The notes below the pieces were generated by a model. It searched no databases, was not told the DNA's origin, and worked only from the letters and a program-made list of their open reading frames with translations. Made by a program: the position numbers and the translations under genes. A stretch of 41,138 nt of DNA from an uncultured Saprospiraceae bacterium (GTDB lineage: Bacteria > Bacteroidota > Bacteroidia > Chitinophagales > Saprospiraceae), in contig CALDGQ010000022.1 of assembly GCA_937941765.1 (NCBI GenBank), forward strand, positions 1-41,138, read 5' to 3'. Below are positions 28,752-38,347 of the stretch, piece by piece. Each line of letters begins with the position of its first letter. Within the stretch, counting starts at the first letter, position 1.

Positions 28752-29552
28752 TTAATATTTCGACCAAGAATAACCAGCGCCAATTGTAAATCTAATACCA
28801 GAAGCTTCATATGGAAGCGTAGTAATCTTCTCATCATTATACGTAATAAACGGATTATCTTCATCTATATTTAATGAAGACGAACTATCCTCATCACTTC
28901 CTGAAGGCGGCGTAAAAGTTAAAGTAGGTCGATCGTTTTTAGAAGCAATATCATAAGCGATATTCCCAAAAATCTTGAGATGATCCATTAAGATAAAATG
29001 AAAATCTATTGTTGGACCGTAAATAAAAGTTTGAGATTTTAAATGTAGTTCAAGTGAAGAATCGTAGTACTTCTTGTCTCCAATTTGAATATAGACATCA
29101 TTATTTTGCAAGTTTCCAACATCAAACCCGAAATTACCAAAACCAGCATTTATAGCAGGTCTAATGATTAATGGACTAATACCAATTTCCATCGGAAATG
29201 AATATCCAAGAGAATAATAAACCAATCCTCCTTGATGTTTTCCCATAGAAACATCGACATTAACCGAATGAGAAAGCCCTTTAAATTTCCCCCAATTGAA
29301 GGCAAAGTAAAGTCCAATTCGTGTGTAATTATCTTTAACAATTGTAGTTGTAGTAAGATTATCCATAGATGGAGAATCATCGACATAGGAAGTAAGAATC
29401 GTTCCCGGAGTAGTATTCAGGGTACGTGGACCAAAGCCTAAAACAAATGAACGATATTTATTTGGAAATTCAGATGAAGCATCAGATTGAGCGGATCCTA
29501 GTTGGCAAAAAAGGCAGATTGCCAAAAAAGTAAAAAGAAGTGATCTTGACAT
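28752..29552 (-). CDS. Outer-membrane beta-barrel protein (porin / OmpA-barrel-like), 266 aa
   Basis: Signal peptide (…CQLGSAQS), alternating amphipathic beta-strand pattern, Gly/aromatic-rich, and an aromatic C-terminus. Confidence 0.55.
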   Translation of the reverse strand: MSRSLLFTFLAICLFCQLGSAQSDASSEFPNKYRSFVLGFGPRTLNTTPGTILTSYVDDSPSMDNLTTTTIVKDNYTRIGLYFAFNWGKFKGLSHSVNVDVSMGKHQGGLVYYSLGYSFPMEIGISPLIIRPAINAGFGNFGFDVGNLQNNDVYIQIGDKKYYDSSLELHLKSQTFIYGPTIDFHFILMDHLKIFGNIAYDIASKNDRPTLTFTPPSGSDEDSSSSLNIDEDNPFITYNDEKITTLPYEASGIRFTIGAGYSWSKY

Positions 29553-29820
29553 AATGTTTATTTAGTTGGAGTTATTAGTTTTATTTTAATCAAAGTTATA
29601 GAATTCATATTAAATTTAAAAGTAATTAATTAGAGTTAACAAATTGATGCTATGTTTTTTACTTCCAACACTATGTTTACTTAAACAGCAATTTATACTA
29701 AACTGGTTCAAAATCAATGCATTGTAAGATACCGTACAATTTGTTCTAATTAAAAATTATCATTTAAGTCTTAAAGAATTATCTTTGATTTTTTAAAATT
29801 ACGTTTAAATATTCATAAAA

Positions 29821-30885
29821 ATGATCCGACTTTCTCTTTTTACCTGCCTCTTTTTTTTAACCCAATTTTCTCTATTTGCACAATCTTATCAAAGTGCTGA
29901 GAGTGCAGCTTACGATGAAGCCAATAATCGATTCCTTATTTCTAATGGTGCGAATATGCTAGCAAGATCGGCTACGGATGTATTGACCGTTTTTGGAAAT
30001 GGGAGTACTAGCTTCGGCTTAGAAGTTTTAGGAAATACAGTTTTCGGAGTTGAAGGAAGTAGTATTGTCGGATACGATTTGGATACAGAGGACGAAGTGA
30101 TGTCGATCACTATATCGGGTGCTAGTTTTTTAAATGGTTTGACGAATGATGGACAAAACACACTATATGTTTCTGATTTTGGTGCCAATAAAATTCACAA
30201 AATTGATGTTTCTGATTTTGCCAATCCGACCCAAGAAATTTATCTAGATAATTTAGCTGACAAACCAAACGGATTATTATGGGATGACTTCCGGCTATTG
30301 TATGTTACTTGGGGAGTTGGAAAAATCATGGAATTTAATCCCAATACAAATACAATTACCATGTTATTAAATACTGGATTAACAAATATAGATGGAATTG
30401 ATGATGATGCAGCAGGCAATTTCTATGTTTCTTCATGGTCACCTGCTCGTATTACAAAGTATGATTCCAATTTTGAAAATCCTGAAACCATTTCAGTTCC
30501 CGGAATCAGTGCACCAGCTGATATTGGCTATGGACAAGCTGTAAATATACTAGCGGTACCTCAAGGAAGTAAAGTTGATTATGTCGATTTGAACCCAATT
30601 CCAAATGCACAGATTGATATTATTGATCGTAATTTGGGTTTGATGGTTTTTCCGAATCCTGTTTCTGATTCTAGTTATATTCAATTTGAATTAACTGAAA
30701 AAGCAACTATTTCTTTATCATTATTGGATATTAATGGGAAATTAGTGCACGAATTGTTAAACGGAATTGAAAACACTGGTTTACATCAAGTTGTTCTTAG
30801 TGGAATTGACCTGCCAACTGGTATCTACAATTGCATGTTGAAAGCAAATGGAGTAACTGAAATTGCTAAAATAGTCGTTAATTGA
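29821..30885 (+). CDS. Secreted six-bladed beta-propeller (SMP-30/NHL-like) protein with a type-A T9SS C-terminal sorting domain
   Basis: Signal peptide, repeated propeller-blade-like segments, and the C-terminal LMVFPNPVSDSSYIQFEL…GIYNCMLKANGVTEIAKIVVN T9SS CTD signature. Confidence 0.75.
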   Translation: MIRLSLFTCLFFLTQFSLFAQSYQSAESAAYDEANNRFLISNGANMLARSATDVLTVFGNGSTSFGLEVLGNTVFGVEGSSIVGYDLDTEDEVMSITISGASFLNGLTNDGQNTLYVSDFGANKIHKIDVSDFANPTQEIYLDNLADKPNGLLWDDFRLLYVTWGVGKIMEFNPNTNTITMLLNTGLTNIDGIDDDAAGNFYVSSWSPARITKYDSNFENPETISVPGISAPADIGYGQAVNILAVPQGSKVDYVDLNPIPNAQIDIIDRNLGLMVFPNPVSDSSYIQFELTEKATISLSLLDINGKLVHELLNGIENTGLHQVVLSGIDLPTGIYNCMLKANGVTEIAKIVVN

Positions 30886-30918
30886 TTTAATTATTTTAAA
30901 TAAAATTCAACCTATTAA

Positions 30919-31305
30919 ATGAAAGTAGCGCACATAGCAATTTGGACAAATGATTTAGAAGCCATGAAAGCATTCTATCTGCAGTATTTTGAACTAACAG
31001 CAAACGAAAAATATTATAATCCATCCAAAAAATTCAGTTCCTACTTTTTATCATTCAAAAGTGGTGCTCGAATAGAACTGATGCATCGACCGGATATTGC
31101 AACATTTATGGAGGCAGCTGATTCCAAATTGGGACTTGCTCACTTCGCAATTTCTGTAGGAACAAAAGACAAAGTAAATCAACTCACAAAGTTGTTATCT
31201 GAAAACGGGCATCCTATTATTGGAGAGCCTAGAACTACTGGAGATGGATACTATGAAAGCGTTGTTGCTGACATAGAAGGAAATTTGATTGAAATAACTA
31301 GCTAA
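30919..31305 (+). CDS. VOC-family (glyoxalase/bleomycin-resistance fold) protein
   Basis: 128 aa. An N-terminal HIAIWTNDLEAMKAFY beta-alpha-beta-beta-beta module and a second module (LAHFAISV…), typical of glyoxalase-like domains. Confidence 0.7.
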   Translation: MKVAHIAIWTNDLEAMKAFYLQYFELTANEKYYNPSKKFSSYFLSFKSGARIELMHRPDIATFMEAADSKLGLAHFAISVGTKDKVNQLTKLLSENGHPIIGEPRTTGDGYYESVVADIEGNLIEITS

Positions 31306-31449
31306 TTCTATTCAATCCAAAATCAAAAACTAGGTAGATTTCTTTGTAAAACAGCATTCTTTTAGAATAAATGAGGTTTTTTAAGCAGAAAATCATTAAA
31401 TTTAGTATTCCTCAATTTGCGCAATCCCAAGGTCCGGAGCATATGAAAC

Positions 31450-32361
31450 ATGAACAACATTACAACGCAAAAGGCTGTACAGGCGTGTCTATCTTATTTT
31501 GACATATTTCAGCATCCGCTGAAAAAAGAAGAAATCGCCAACTTTTTAAGCATCTCTTGTGAGGCTAGGGAACTGGATACTGCAATTTCAGATTTAAAAG
31601 ATGCTAATTTAATTTTCAATATAAATGATTATTATTCGTTACATAACAATATAAATCTTGTTATAGATCGAATAGCTTTTGAAAAAAGAGCGGATGAAAA
31701 GATGAAAGAGGCATTGCATTATGGACAGTTGATTCAAAAATTTCCTTTTACAAAAGCAGTTTGCATTTCAGGAAGTTTGTCCAAGCATATCATGAAAAAA
31801 GATTCTGATATTGATTTCTTTATCATGGCAAAAGCGAATCGAATATGGATAGCAAAATTGTTGTTGAAAATGTACAAATTTCTGTTTCTTAATAATTCTA
31901 AGGACGTCTTTTGTATCAATTATTTTATTGCTGAAAATAATCTTTCGATTGCAGAACAGAATACTTTTACGGCAACAGAGTTGGTTACATTGATTCCGAT
32001 TGGATGTCAGGTTGAATATGAAAAGATATTGAAGCAAAATAAATGGTACAAGGAATTTCTTCCTAATTATACCAATGTTTCCAAAGAATCTTTTCCAATA
32101 ACAGCTAAAGAAAAACCATATGTTTCCAAATTATTGGAAATGCTATTTTCAGGAAAATGGGGTAATTTTATAGATACTAGAATTATGAAATTGCATGCAA
32201 TGAGAAATAGAAAAAAATACGCGAAGTTAAAAAACAATAAAGACTTTGAATTAATGCTTAGAGCTACCAAGAATCAGATAAAAGTACATCCACCTAATTC
32301 TCAAAACGTAACTTTAGCTAAATACAAAAGTCTTATCAACAATCTCGATAACAGTTACTAG
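31450..32361 (+). CDS. Pol-beta-superfamily nucleotidyltransferase-fold protein (303 aa); first gene of the B12-rSAM operon
   Basis: The motif ISGSLSKHIMKKDSDIDFFIM fits the minimal nucleotidyltransferase signature hG[GS]-x(9-13)-Dh[DE]h. Its stop is 2 bp before the GTG start of the next gene. Confidence 0.55.
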   Translation: MNNITTQKAVQACLSYFDIFQHPLKKEEIANFLSISCEARELDTAISDLKDANLIFNINDYYSLHNNINLVIDRIAFEKRADEKMKEALHYGQLIQKFPFTKAVCISGSLSKHIMKKDSDIDFFIMAKANRIWIAKLLLKMYKFLFLNNSKDVFCINYFIAENNLSIAEQNTFTATELVTLIPIGCQVEYEKILKQNKWYKEFLPNYTNVSKESFPITAKEKPYVSKLLEMLFSGKWGNFIDTRIMKLHAMRNRKKYAKLKNNKDFELMLRATKNQIKVHPPNSQNVTLAKYKSLINNLDNSY

Positions 32362-32363
32362 AA

Positions 32364-33818
32364 GTGAGCTTAAAAATCCTTTGTACCAATTCCTACTTTT
32401 ATCAATACGATGAAAAGCAATGGAAAATGGCCCAGCCATATCCACCGCTTGGTACTTTATATGCTGTGTCAGTTTTACGCCAAAATCAATTCCATACTTC
32501 TTTTTTTGATAACAATTTAGTTTCAAACCATAATGAGATCTATCAGGTCATCGAAAATGAAAAACCTGAAATACTAGTCATTTATGATGATGGGTTTAAT
32601 TATTTGACAAAGATGTGTTTGACAAAAATGCAAAACGCAACTTTTGAAATTCTGAAATTTGCTAAAGAAAGAGGCATTATTACGATTTGTAATAGTTCAG
32701 ATTCAACAGATCATTACCAACAATATCATGAAAACGGAGCGGATTATATTATTCATGGAGAAGGAGAAGATGCACTCGTAGAATTGTGCAGTACCTTATC
32801 TAATAACGAATTTGTAAACAATTTGTTGGGAATAAGTTTTGTTGAAAATGAGAAAATTACTTTAAACGCAAAAAGATCGGTCAAAAAAGACTTAGATAGT
32901 TTGCCAATGCCAGCTTGGGATGTAGTTGATATTGATAAATATAAAAATATCTGGGAGTCTAATCATGGTTATTTCTCTTTAAACCTAGCGACGACGAGAG
33001 GCTGTCCATATAAATGTAATTGGTGCGCAAAACCAATTTATGGAAACCGCTACAACTCTAGATCTCCAGAAAAAGTAATGGATGAAATCGAATATTTAGT
33101 CCAAACTTTTGAGGTACCTTACTTTTGGATGTGTGACGATATTTTCGGGTTGAAACCTGGTTGGGTGCAGAAATTTAACGAAGAAAAAAGAAAAAGAAAC
33201 CTCAAATTTAAATACAAAATTCAATCTCGTGTAGACTTAATGCTGCAAGATGATCATTTGGATGCGCTGGCGGAAAGTGGTGCAGATATGATTTGGGTTG
33301 GAGCAGAAAGTGGTTCTCAGAAAATATTAGATGCCATGGATAAAGGCACCAAAGTAGAACAAATATATGAAGCAACAGAAAAATTAAAATCACGTAATGT
33401 TAATGTTGCATTTTTCTTGCAATTCGGATATTTAGGGGAAACTTGGAAAGATATTCAGCAAACAATCAACATGGTTTTAGATTTAGTGCCAGATGATATC
33501 GGAATTTCTGTATCTTATCCTTTACCTGGAACTAAATTTTATGACAAGGTAAAAGCAGACCTTATTTTGAAGACCAATTGGACAGATTCTGATGATTTGG
33601 ATCTAATGTTTAAAAATAATTTCCCGCCTATCTTTTACAAAACGTTGCATCGTTATGTTCACAACAGATATCGAATTAAAAAAGGAATTTTAAGTTTTAA
33701 AACTCCTTTTTCGTCCATGAAATCGAAAGGATTTGATTTTTTAAGAATGATTTATCATTTGCCACTAGCAATGCTTAATCGCCTATTATTGTTGAAGCAT
33801 ACTTTTCGTCAACCATGA
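32364..33818 (+). CDS. B12-binding domain radical SAM enzyme (class B rSAM, likely methyltransferase)
   Basis: N-terminal Rossmann-like cobalamin-binding region (…ILVIYDDGFN…), rSAM cluster motif TRGCPYKCNWC (CxxxCxxC), and a C-terminal helical region. GTG start. Paralogous in its N-terminus to ORF 34588. Confidence 0.85.
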   Translation: MSLKILCTNSYFYQYDEKQWKMAQPYPPLGTLYAVSVLRQNQFHTSFFDNNLVSNHNEIYQVIENEKPEILVIYDDGFNYLTKMCLTKMQNATFEILKFAKERGIITICNSSDSTDHYQQYHENGADYIIHGEGEDALVELCSTLSNNEFVNNLLGISFVENEKITLNAKRSVKKDLDSLPMPAWDVVDIDKYKNIWESNHGYFSLNLATTRGCPYKCNWCAKPIYGNRYNSRSPEKVMDEIEYLVQTFEVPYFWMCDDIFGLKPGWVQKFNEEKRKRNLKFKYKIQSRVDLMLQDDHLDALAESGADMIWVGAESGSQKILDAMDKGTKVEQIYEATEKLKSRNVNVAFFLQFGYLGETWKDIQQTINMVLDLVPDDIGISVSYPLPGTKFYDKVKADLILKTNWTDSDDLDLMFKNNFPPIFYKTLHRYVHNRYRIKKGILSFKTPFSSMKSKGFDFLRMIYHLPLAMLNRLLLLKHTFRQP

Positions 33819-34588
33819 AAAAAGCAACCTTTGACATAGAAGCAAGTAACTACGATCAGCATTTTACAGATACTAAAATCGGTCGCATCCAAAGAAATCG
33901 GGTATGGAAATACATGCGCAAACTATTGGCTGGTAAAAAGCAACTCAAAATATTGGAATTGAATTGTGGTACCGGCGAAGATGCTGCTTTTTTTGCTGAA
34001 AAAGGACATATGGTTTTAGCAACGGATCTATCTCCCAAAATGCTAGAGGTCGCAAATCGAAAAATTTGGAATAAGGGATTGAAATATAATGTCCAAACAC
34101 AAACGCTTGACCTCAGAAATCCCAAATTGAAAAGAGGTGAAATGTATGATGTGATTTTTTCAAATTTTGGAGGATTAAATTGTATTTCCAAAACAGAATT
34201 GGATCAATTGTCAGATGTGCTTTCTAAACATCTACTTCCTAAAGGGAGTTGTGTTTTTGTTGTTATGCCGAAAAATACTATTGTAGAAAAATGGTTTAGA
34301 AAGTATAAGAACCAATCAGATATTTTTCACAAAAGAAACGCGCAAATTCCGCTTAAAGTCAATGTTAGTGGAGAATTGATTAGCACTTATTTTCATTCTG
34401 ATGATGACCTAAAATCATCATTTTATAAGTTTCAACACATTGTAACAAAGCCAATTGGATTTATTCCTTCTTATTTTGAACATTCTAATCGATATTTTTT
34501 GCTAAATATTTTTGATAAAATAGCAACGATCCTAAAATTTAATGCGAACACAGCTGACCATTATTTGATTCATTTTCAAAAGAAATAA
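33815..34588 (+). CDS. Class I SAM-dependent methyltransferase
   Basis: Motif I ILELNCGTGEDAAFF (GxGxG-like) and motif II/post-I acidic residue (LATDLS). ATGA overlap with the upstream rSAM gene and TAATG overlap with the downstream gene. Confidence 0.8.
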   Translation: MKKATFDIEASNYDQHFTDTKIGRIQRNRVWKYMRKLLAGKKQLKILELNCGTGEDAAFFAEKGHMVLATDLSPKMLEVANRKIWNKGLKYNVQTQTLDLRNPKLKRGEMYDVIFSNFGGLNCISKTELDQLSDVLSKHLLPKGSCVFVVMPKNTIVEKWFRKYKNQSDIFHKRNAQIPLKVNVSGELISTYFHSDDDLKSSFYKFQHIVTKPIGFIPSYFEHSNRYFLLNIFDKIATILKFNANTADHYLIHFQKK

Positions 34589-35976
34589 TGAAAATACTTT
34601 TGACACATGGCTATTTCATCAAGGAAGATGAGAAAGAGCAGAAAATAATGAAGCCTTATCCGCCATTGGGTATTTTGTACATCTCAGCATGGCTGGATAA
34701 CAATGGCATTACAAATGATATATTTGATACGACTTTTTCTAGAAAACAATTGTTGTATAATTATCTCGACAAGGAAAAACCAAATGTAGTTGCTTTTTAT
34801 ACGAATTTAATGACCAAGGTGAATATCATTGAGGCTGTCAAATATATTCGTTCAAATCCAACTTTAAAAGATACAATTGTTGTTTTAGGTGGACCAGATG
34901 TTCGGCACAATAAGAAAGATTATTTGGATACCGGTGCAAACATTGTTGTATTTGGTGAAGGAGAACAAACAATGCTTGAAATAGCAAATGCTGTAAAAGC
35001 TGGAATTATAAATGAATTTGGACATATTGATGGCATCGCTTATTATAGCAATGGCGAGGTAATTGAAACTAAAGAACGTAGCAGAATTCGTCCTGTTGAT
35101 AGCATCCCGTTTCCCAATCGACACAAAATTAATATTCAACAATACTTAGACGTTTGGAAAAAATATCATGGACAAAGCGCGATGACCGTAAGTACTCAGC
35201 GTGGTTGCCCATATACCTGTAAGTGGTGCAGTACCGCCGTTTATGGCCAAAGCTATCGTCGACGAAGTCCTAAAATTGTCGTTGAAGAATTAAAACACAT
35301 CAAAGAAACTTACAATCCTGATACCATTTGGTTTGTGGATGATGTTTTTTCTGTTAGTCACAAATGGATTGAAACCTTTAAAGATGAGTTATTGAAACAA
35401 GATGTACACATTCCTTTTGAGTGTATCACACGAGCGGATCGAATGGATGAGCAAGTGATCAACTGGTTAAAAGAAGCTGGTTGCTTTAGAGTTTGGATTG
35501 GTGCGGAAAGTGGCTCGCAGAAAGTGATTGACTTGATGGATAGGAGAGTAAGTGTAGAACAGGTCCGGGATATGATTCAGTTAACCAGGAAAAAAGGAAT
35601 GCAAGCAGGTACTTTTATTATGCTCGGTTATCCAGGAGAAACGGAAGCCGATATTATCGAAACAGTCAACCATTTGAAAGCATGTGATCCGGATTATTTT
35701 ACAATTACAGTTGCTTATCCAATCAAAGGAACTTCCCTTTATAACGAAATTGAAGCCATTCAAACATCCAATTTGGAATGGGACAAAAGTACGGATAGAG
35801 ATCGTGACTTTGAACGAAAATATTCCCGAAAATATTATGAATACGCCGTAAAATGGGTCGACAATGAAGTCAGATGGTATCAAAGATGGAAAGAAAATAA
35901 TTGGCAAAATAAAGCTGCTTTTAAGTATAAATTGAAGGCTTTGGTGAGTCGGTCAATGATGCGATTTCATATTTGA
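34588..35976 (+). CDS. B12-binding domain radical SAM enzyme (second paralogue)
   Basis: The N-terminus MKILLTHGYFIKEDEKEQKIMKPYPPLGILY parallels ORF 32364 (…KILCTNSYFYQYDEKQWKMAQPYPPLGTLY). Also a B12-binding region and the rSAM motif QRGCPYTCKWC. Confidence 0.85.
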   Translation: MKILLTHGYFIKEDEKEQKIMKPYPPLGILYISAWLDNNGITNDIFDTTFSRKQLLYNYLDKEKPNVVAFYTNLMTKVNIIEAVKYIRSNPTLKDTIVVLGGPDVRHNKKDYLDTGANIVVFGEGEQTMLEIANAVKAGIINEFGHIDGIAYYSNGEVIETKERSRIRPVDSIPFPNRHKINIQQYLDVWKKYHGQSAMTVSTQRGCPYTCKWCSTAVYGQSYRRRSPKIVVEELKHIKETYNPDTIWFVDDVFSVSHKWIETFKDELLKQDVHIPFECITRADRMDEQVINWLKEAGCFRVWIGAESGSQKVIDLMDRRVSVEQVRDMIQLTRKKGMQAGTFIMLGYPGETEADIIETVNHLKACDPDYFTITVAYPIKGTSLYNEIEAIQTSNLEWDKSTDRDRDFERKYSRKYYEYAVKWVDNEVRWYQRWKENNWQNKAAFKYKLKALVSRSMMRFHI

Positions 35977-36037
35977 TTAGATGTTTTTGTTAATCATTTC
36001 TTGGTTTACCTTTATTTCTAGGAAGTTTTTTTTTTGT

Positions 36038-36199
36038 TTTTTACCACTAAGCAGGTTTTACCACTAAGAAGGTAAGGCACTAAGAGGGACTAAGATCAGG
36101 TATAGTTTCTGAGATTTATTTAAGTAATTTTTGGGAAGTCTTTTATGTTTTTTTACCACTAAGAAGGTAAGGCACTAAGAGGGATTCAGATCAGGTATA
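36038..36199. repeat. Direct repeats with a ~96-bp period upstream of the multiheme cytochrome gene
   Basis: Two 48-49 bp copies (36056-36104 and 36151-36199; 44/48 identical, with 34 consecutive identical bases ttttaccactaagaaggtaaggcactaagaggga) plus a partial third copy (36038-36060); the motif cactaag recurs within each copy. Confidence 0.6.
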
Positions 36200-36284
36200 C
36201 TTCCTGCGTTGTTTTGCGCTTTCTGCGTGAGGCATTTTAAGAAACAAGAGCATCGGAATATCAGAAAAAGTCGTAATTTCCCAC

Positions 36285-38219
36285 ATGTCTTATTCCAGAA
36301 AAATCGTCTATTTATTATTGTTAGGAATTGCAATGACACTTGTATTTTGTCAGCGAGATGCTGTTGTCGAAACAAATGCAAATACGTATCAAAATTTACA
36401 AGATTCAGTCGCTTATATGGGTATGCAAACCTGTAGAAGTTGTCATAACAATATCCATCAAACATTTATAGAAACAGGTATGGGGCAATCTTTTGATCAT
36501 GCTACTCAACAAAAAACAGCCGCAACTTATGGAGCTCATGCAGTGGTCTATGATAAGAAATCAAATTTTTATTACCAACCTTTTTTTAGAGATTCGATTT
36601 TATATGTGATGGAATATAGATTGGAAGGAAAAGACACGATTCACAAAAGGATTGAAAAGATTAGCTACATCGTTGGGTCAGGTCACCACACCAATTCCCA
36701 TATTATTGACGAGAACGGATATATTTTTCAGGCACCGATTACTTTTTACACACAAGAAAAGAAGTGGGACATGGCGCCAGGTTTTGAAAAAGATAATTTA
36801 CGTTTCGAACGTTTTCTAACAACGGAATGTATCACTTGTCATAATCATTTCCCAACTTTTGTAGAAGGCTCCCTGAATAAATTTGAGTCCATGCCTTCTG
36901 GTATTGAATGTGAGCGATGTCATGGTCCGGGTGAGATTCATGTACATGAAAAATTGGCAGGAAACAACATCGACACCTCACAGTATATCGACTACTCCAT
37001 CGTTAATCCAACAGATCTTTCACGAGAATTGCAAATGGACTTATGCCAACGTTGTCACTTGCAAGGACTAGCAGTATTGGAAGAAGGGAAAACCTTTTTT
37101 GACTTCAAACCAGGAATGGAATTGTCTAGTATAATGAATGTATTTTTACCTAGATATACGGATTCTCATGAGAAATTTATCATGGCTTCTCAAGCAGATC
37201 GATTGCGATTGAGTAAATGCTATACCCAATCCGAAATGACCTGTTTGACCTGCCATAATCCCCATCATAGTGTTAGGAAGTCAGAAAAAAATGATTTTAA
37301 CAAGCCATGTATGTCTTGTCATACCACCAAAAAAGTAAATGAATGCAGTGTACCTTTGGCTGAACGTGCTCAAAATAATAATAATTGTGTCAGTTGTCAT
37401 ATGCCACCTTCAGGAAGTACGGATATCCCACATATCAATATTACAGATCATTACATAAGCAAAGTGACTTCCGTGAATACTTCAAAAAATACATCTGATA
37501 AAATTAATACAAAAGAGAAAAATTCAATTGCTCGGTTTTTAGGACTGAAAATTTTGACAAAAGAAAAAGCTACTTCATTAGACATGGCTCGTGGATATAT
37601 TGCTATGTATGACAAAAGTGTAGAAGCAGATGCTATTTTGGATTCCGCCCATTATTATTTAATTCAAGCGAATAGTATCAATGATTTGACATTTAAAACG
37701 TGGATTCATTATTATTTCGCAAAAAAAGATTTTAATTCGATCATACAAAAATCAAAAGGGGCTTCCGCTGCATCAATACAGGATGGATGGACTGCTTATC
37801 GAATAGGAGAAGCTTATCTCAAAAATGGAGATTCCAACAAGGCGCTTCCTTATCATAAAAAAGCAACTTCATTGATGCCTTTTAATTTAGATTTTCAAGA
37901 AAAATTGGGAATCACACAAGTTTATTTACAACAGTTGAAAGCAGCACAAGAGACCTTTAATTTTGTGTTGAAAGAAAACTCAAAACGACCGATTGCTCTG
38001 TGTAATTTGGGTTTTACGAAAGCATTAGAAGGTGATTTTAAAATTGCAGAAAAATATTACAATCAAGCCATTCAATTAGACCCAGATTATGAACAAGCTT
38101 TGGTTAATAAAGCAGCATTATTAAGGCACTTGAAAAGAGAAAACGAGAGTAATCAATTGTTTAAGCGCGTATTGAAAATCAATCCTAATAACGAACAAGC
38201 AAGGCAATTTTTAAAATAA
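36285..38219 (+). CDS. Heptaheme c-type cytochrome fused to C-terminal TPR repeats; probable lipoprotein or periplasmic protein
   Basis: Seven CxxCH motifs read in the translation (CRSCH, CITCH, CERCH, CQRCH, CLTCH, CMSCH, CVSCH). N-terminal hydrophobic leader with an LVFC lipobox-like sequence. The C-terminal ~250 aa contains TPR-like repeats (…AYRIGEAYLKNGD…, …NLGFTKALEGDFKIAEKYYNQAIQLDPDY…). Confidence 0.85.
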   Translation: MSYSRKIVYLLLLGIAMTLVFCQRDAVVETNANTYQNLQDSVAYMGMQTCRSCHNNIHQTFIETGMGQSFDHATQQKTAATYGAHAVVYDKKSNFYYQPFFRDSILYVMEYRLEGKDTIHKRIEKISYIVGSGHHTNSHIIDENGYIFQAPITFYTQEKKWDMAPGFEKDNLRFERFLTTECITCHNHFPTFVEGSLNKFESMPSGIECERCHGPGEIHVHEKLAGNNIDTSQYIDYSIVNPTDLSRELQMDLCQRCHLQGLAVLEEGKTFFDFKPGMELSSIMNVFLPRYTDSHEKFIMASQADRLRLSKCYTQSEMTCLTCHNPHHSVRKSEKNDFNKPCMSCHTTKKVNECSVPLAERAQNNNNCVSCHMPPSGSTDIPHINITDHYISKVTSVNTSKNTSDKINTKEKNSIARFLGLKILTKEKATSLDMARGYIAMYDKSVEADAILDSAHYYLIQANSINDLTFKTWIHYYFAKKDFNSIIQKSKGASAASIQDGWTAYRIGEAYLKNGDSNKALPYHKKATSLMPFNLDFQEKLGITQVYLQQLKAAQETFNFVLKENSKRPIALCNLGFTKALEGDFKIAEKYYNQAIQLDPDYEQALVNKAALLRHLKRENESNQLFKRVLKINPNNEQARQFLK

Positions 38220-38347
38220 TTTTATTCAATTTACTTCCTTGATTTAATTGGGTTTTGTATTAAAGTAAATTAATATTTACTCTAAAAACATTGGGATTTA
38301 TCTTATTTTAGTAGCTAATAAAAATCTAGTCTATAAACACCGAAATT

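Noticed and set aside
29168-29441. ORFs 29168-29386 (-) and 29232-29441 (+) inside the OM beta-barrel gene
   Set aside because: Nested within or antisense to a longer ORF with signal-peptide and barrel features. Alternative-frame artefacts.
31306-31449. Cobalamin riboswitch upstream of the B12-rSAM operon
   Set aside because: The spacer is only 144 bp and I could not find a B12-box-like (GCCACTG-type) core or the expected paired elements.
36038-36205. Possible CRISPR array
   Set aside because: Only two full copies plus a fragment, a ~96-bp period with internal sub-repeats, no uniform spacer lengths and no cas genes nearby. It is better described as promoter-proximal direct repeats.
36175-36465. 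ORFs 36175-36465 (-) and 36209-36436 (+) overlapping the cytochrome promoter and start
   Set aside because: They overlap the repeat region and the 5' end of a well-supported cytochrome gene. No motifs.
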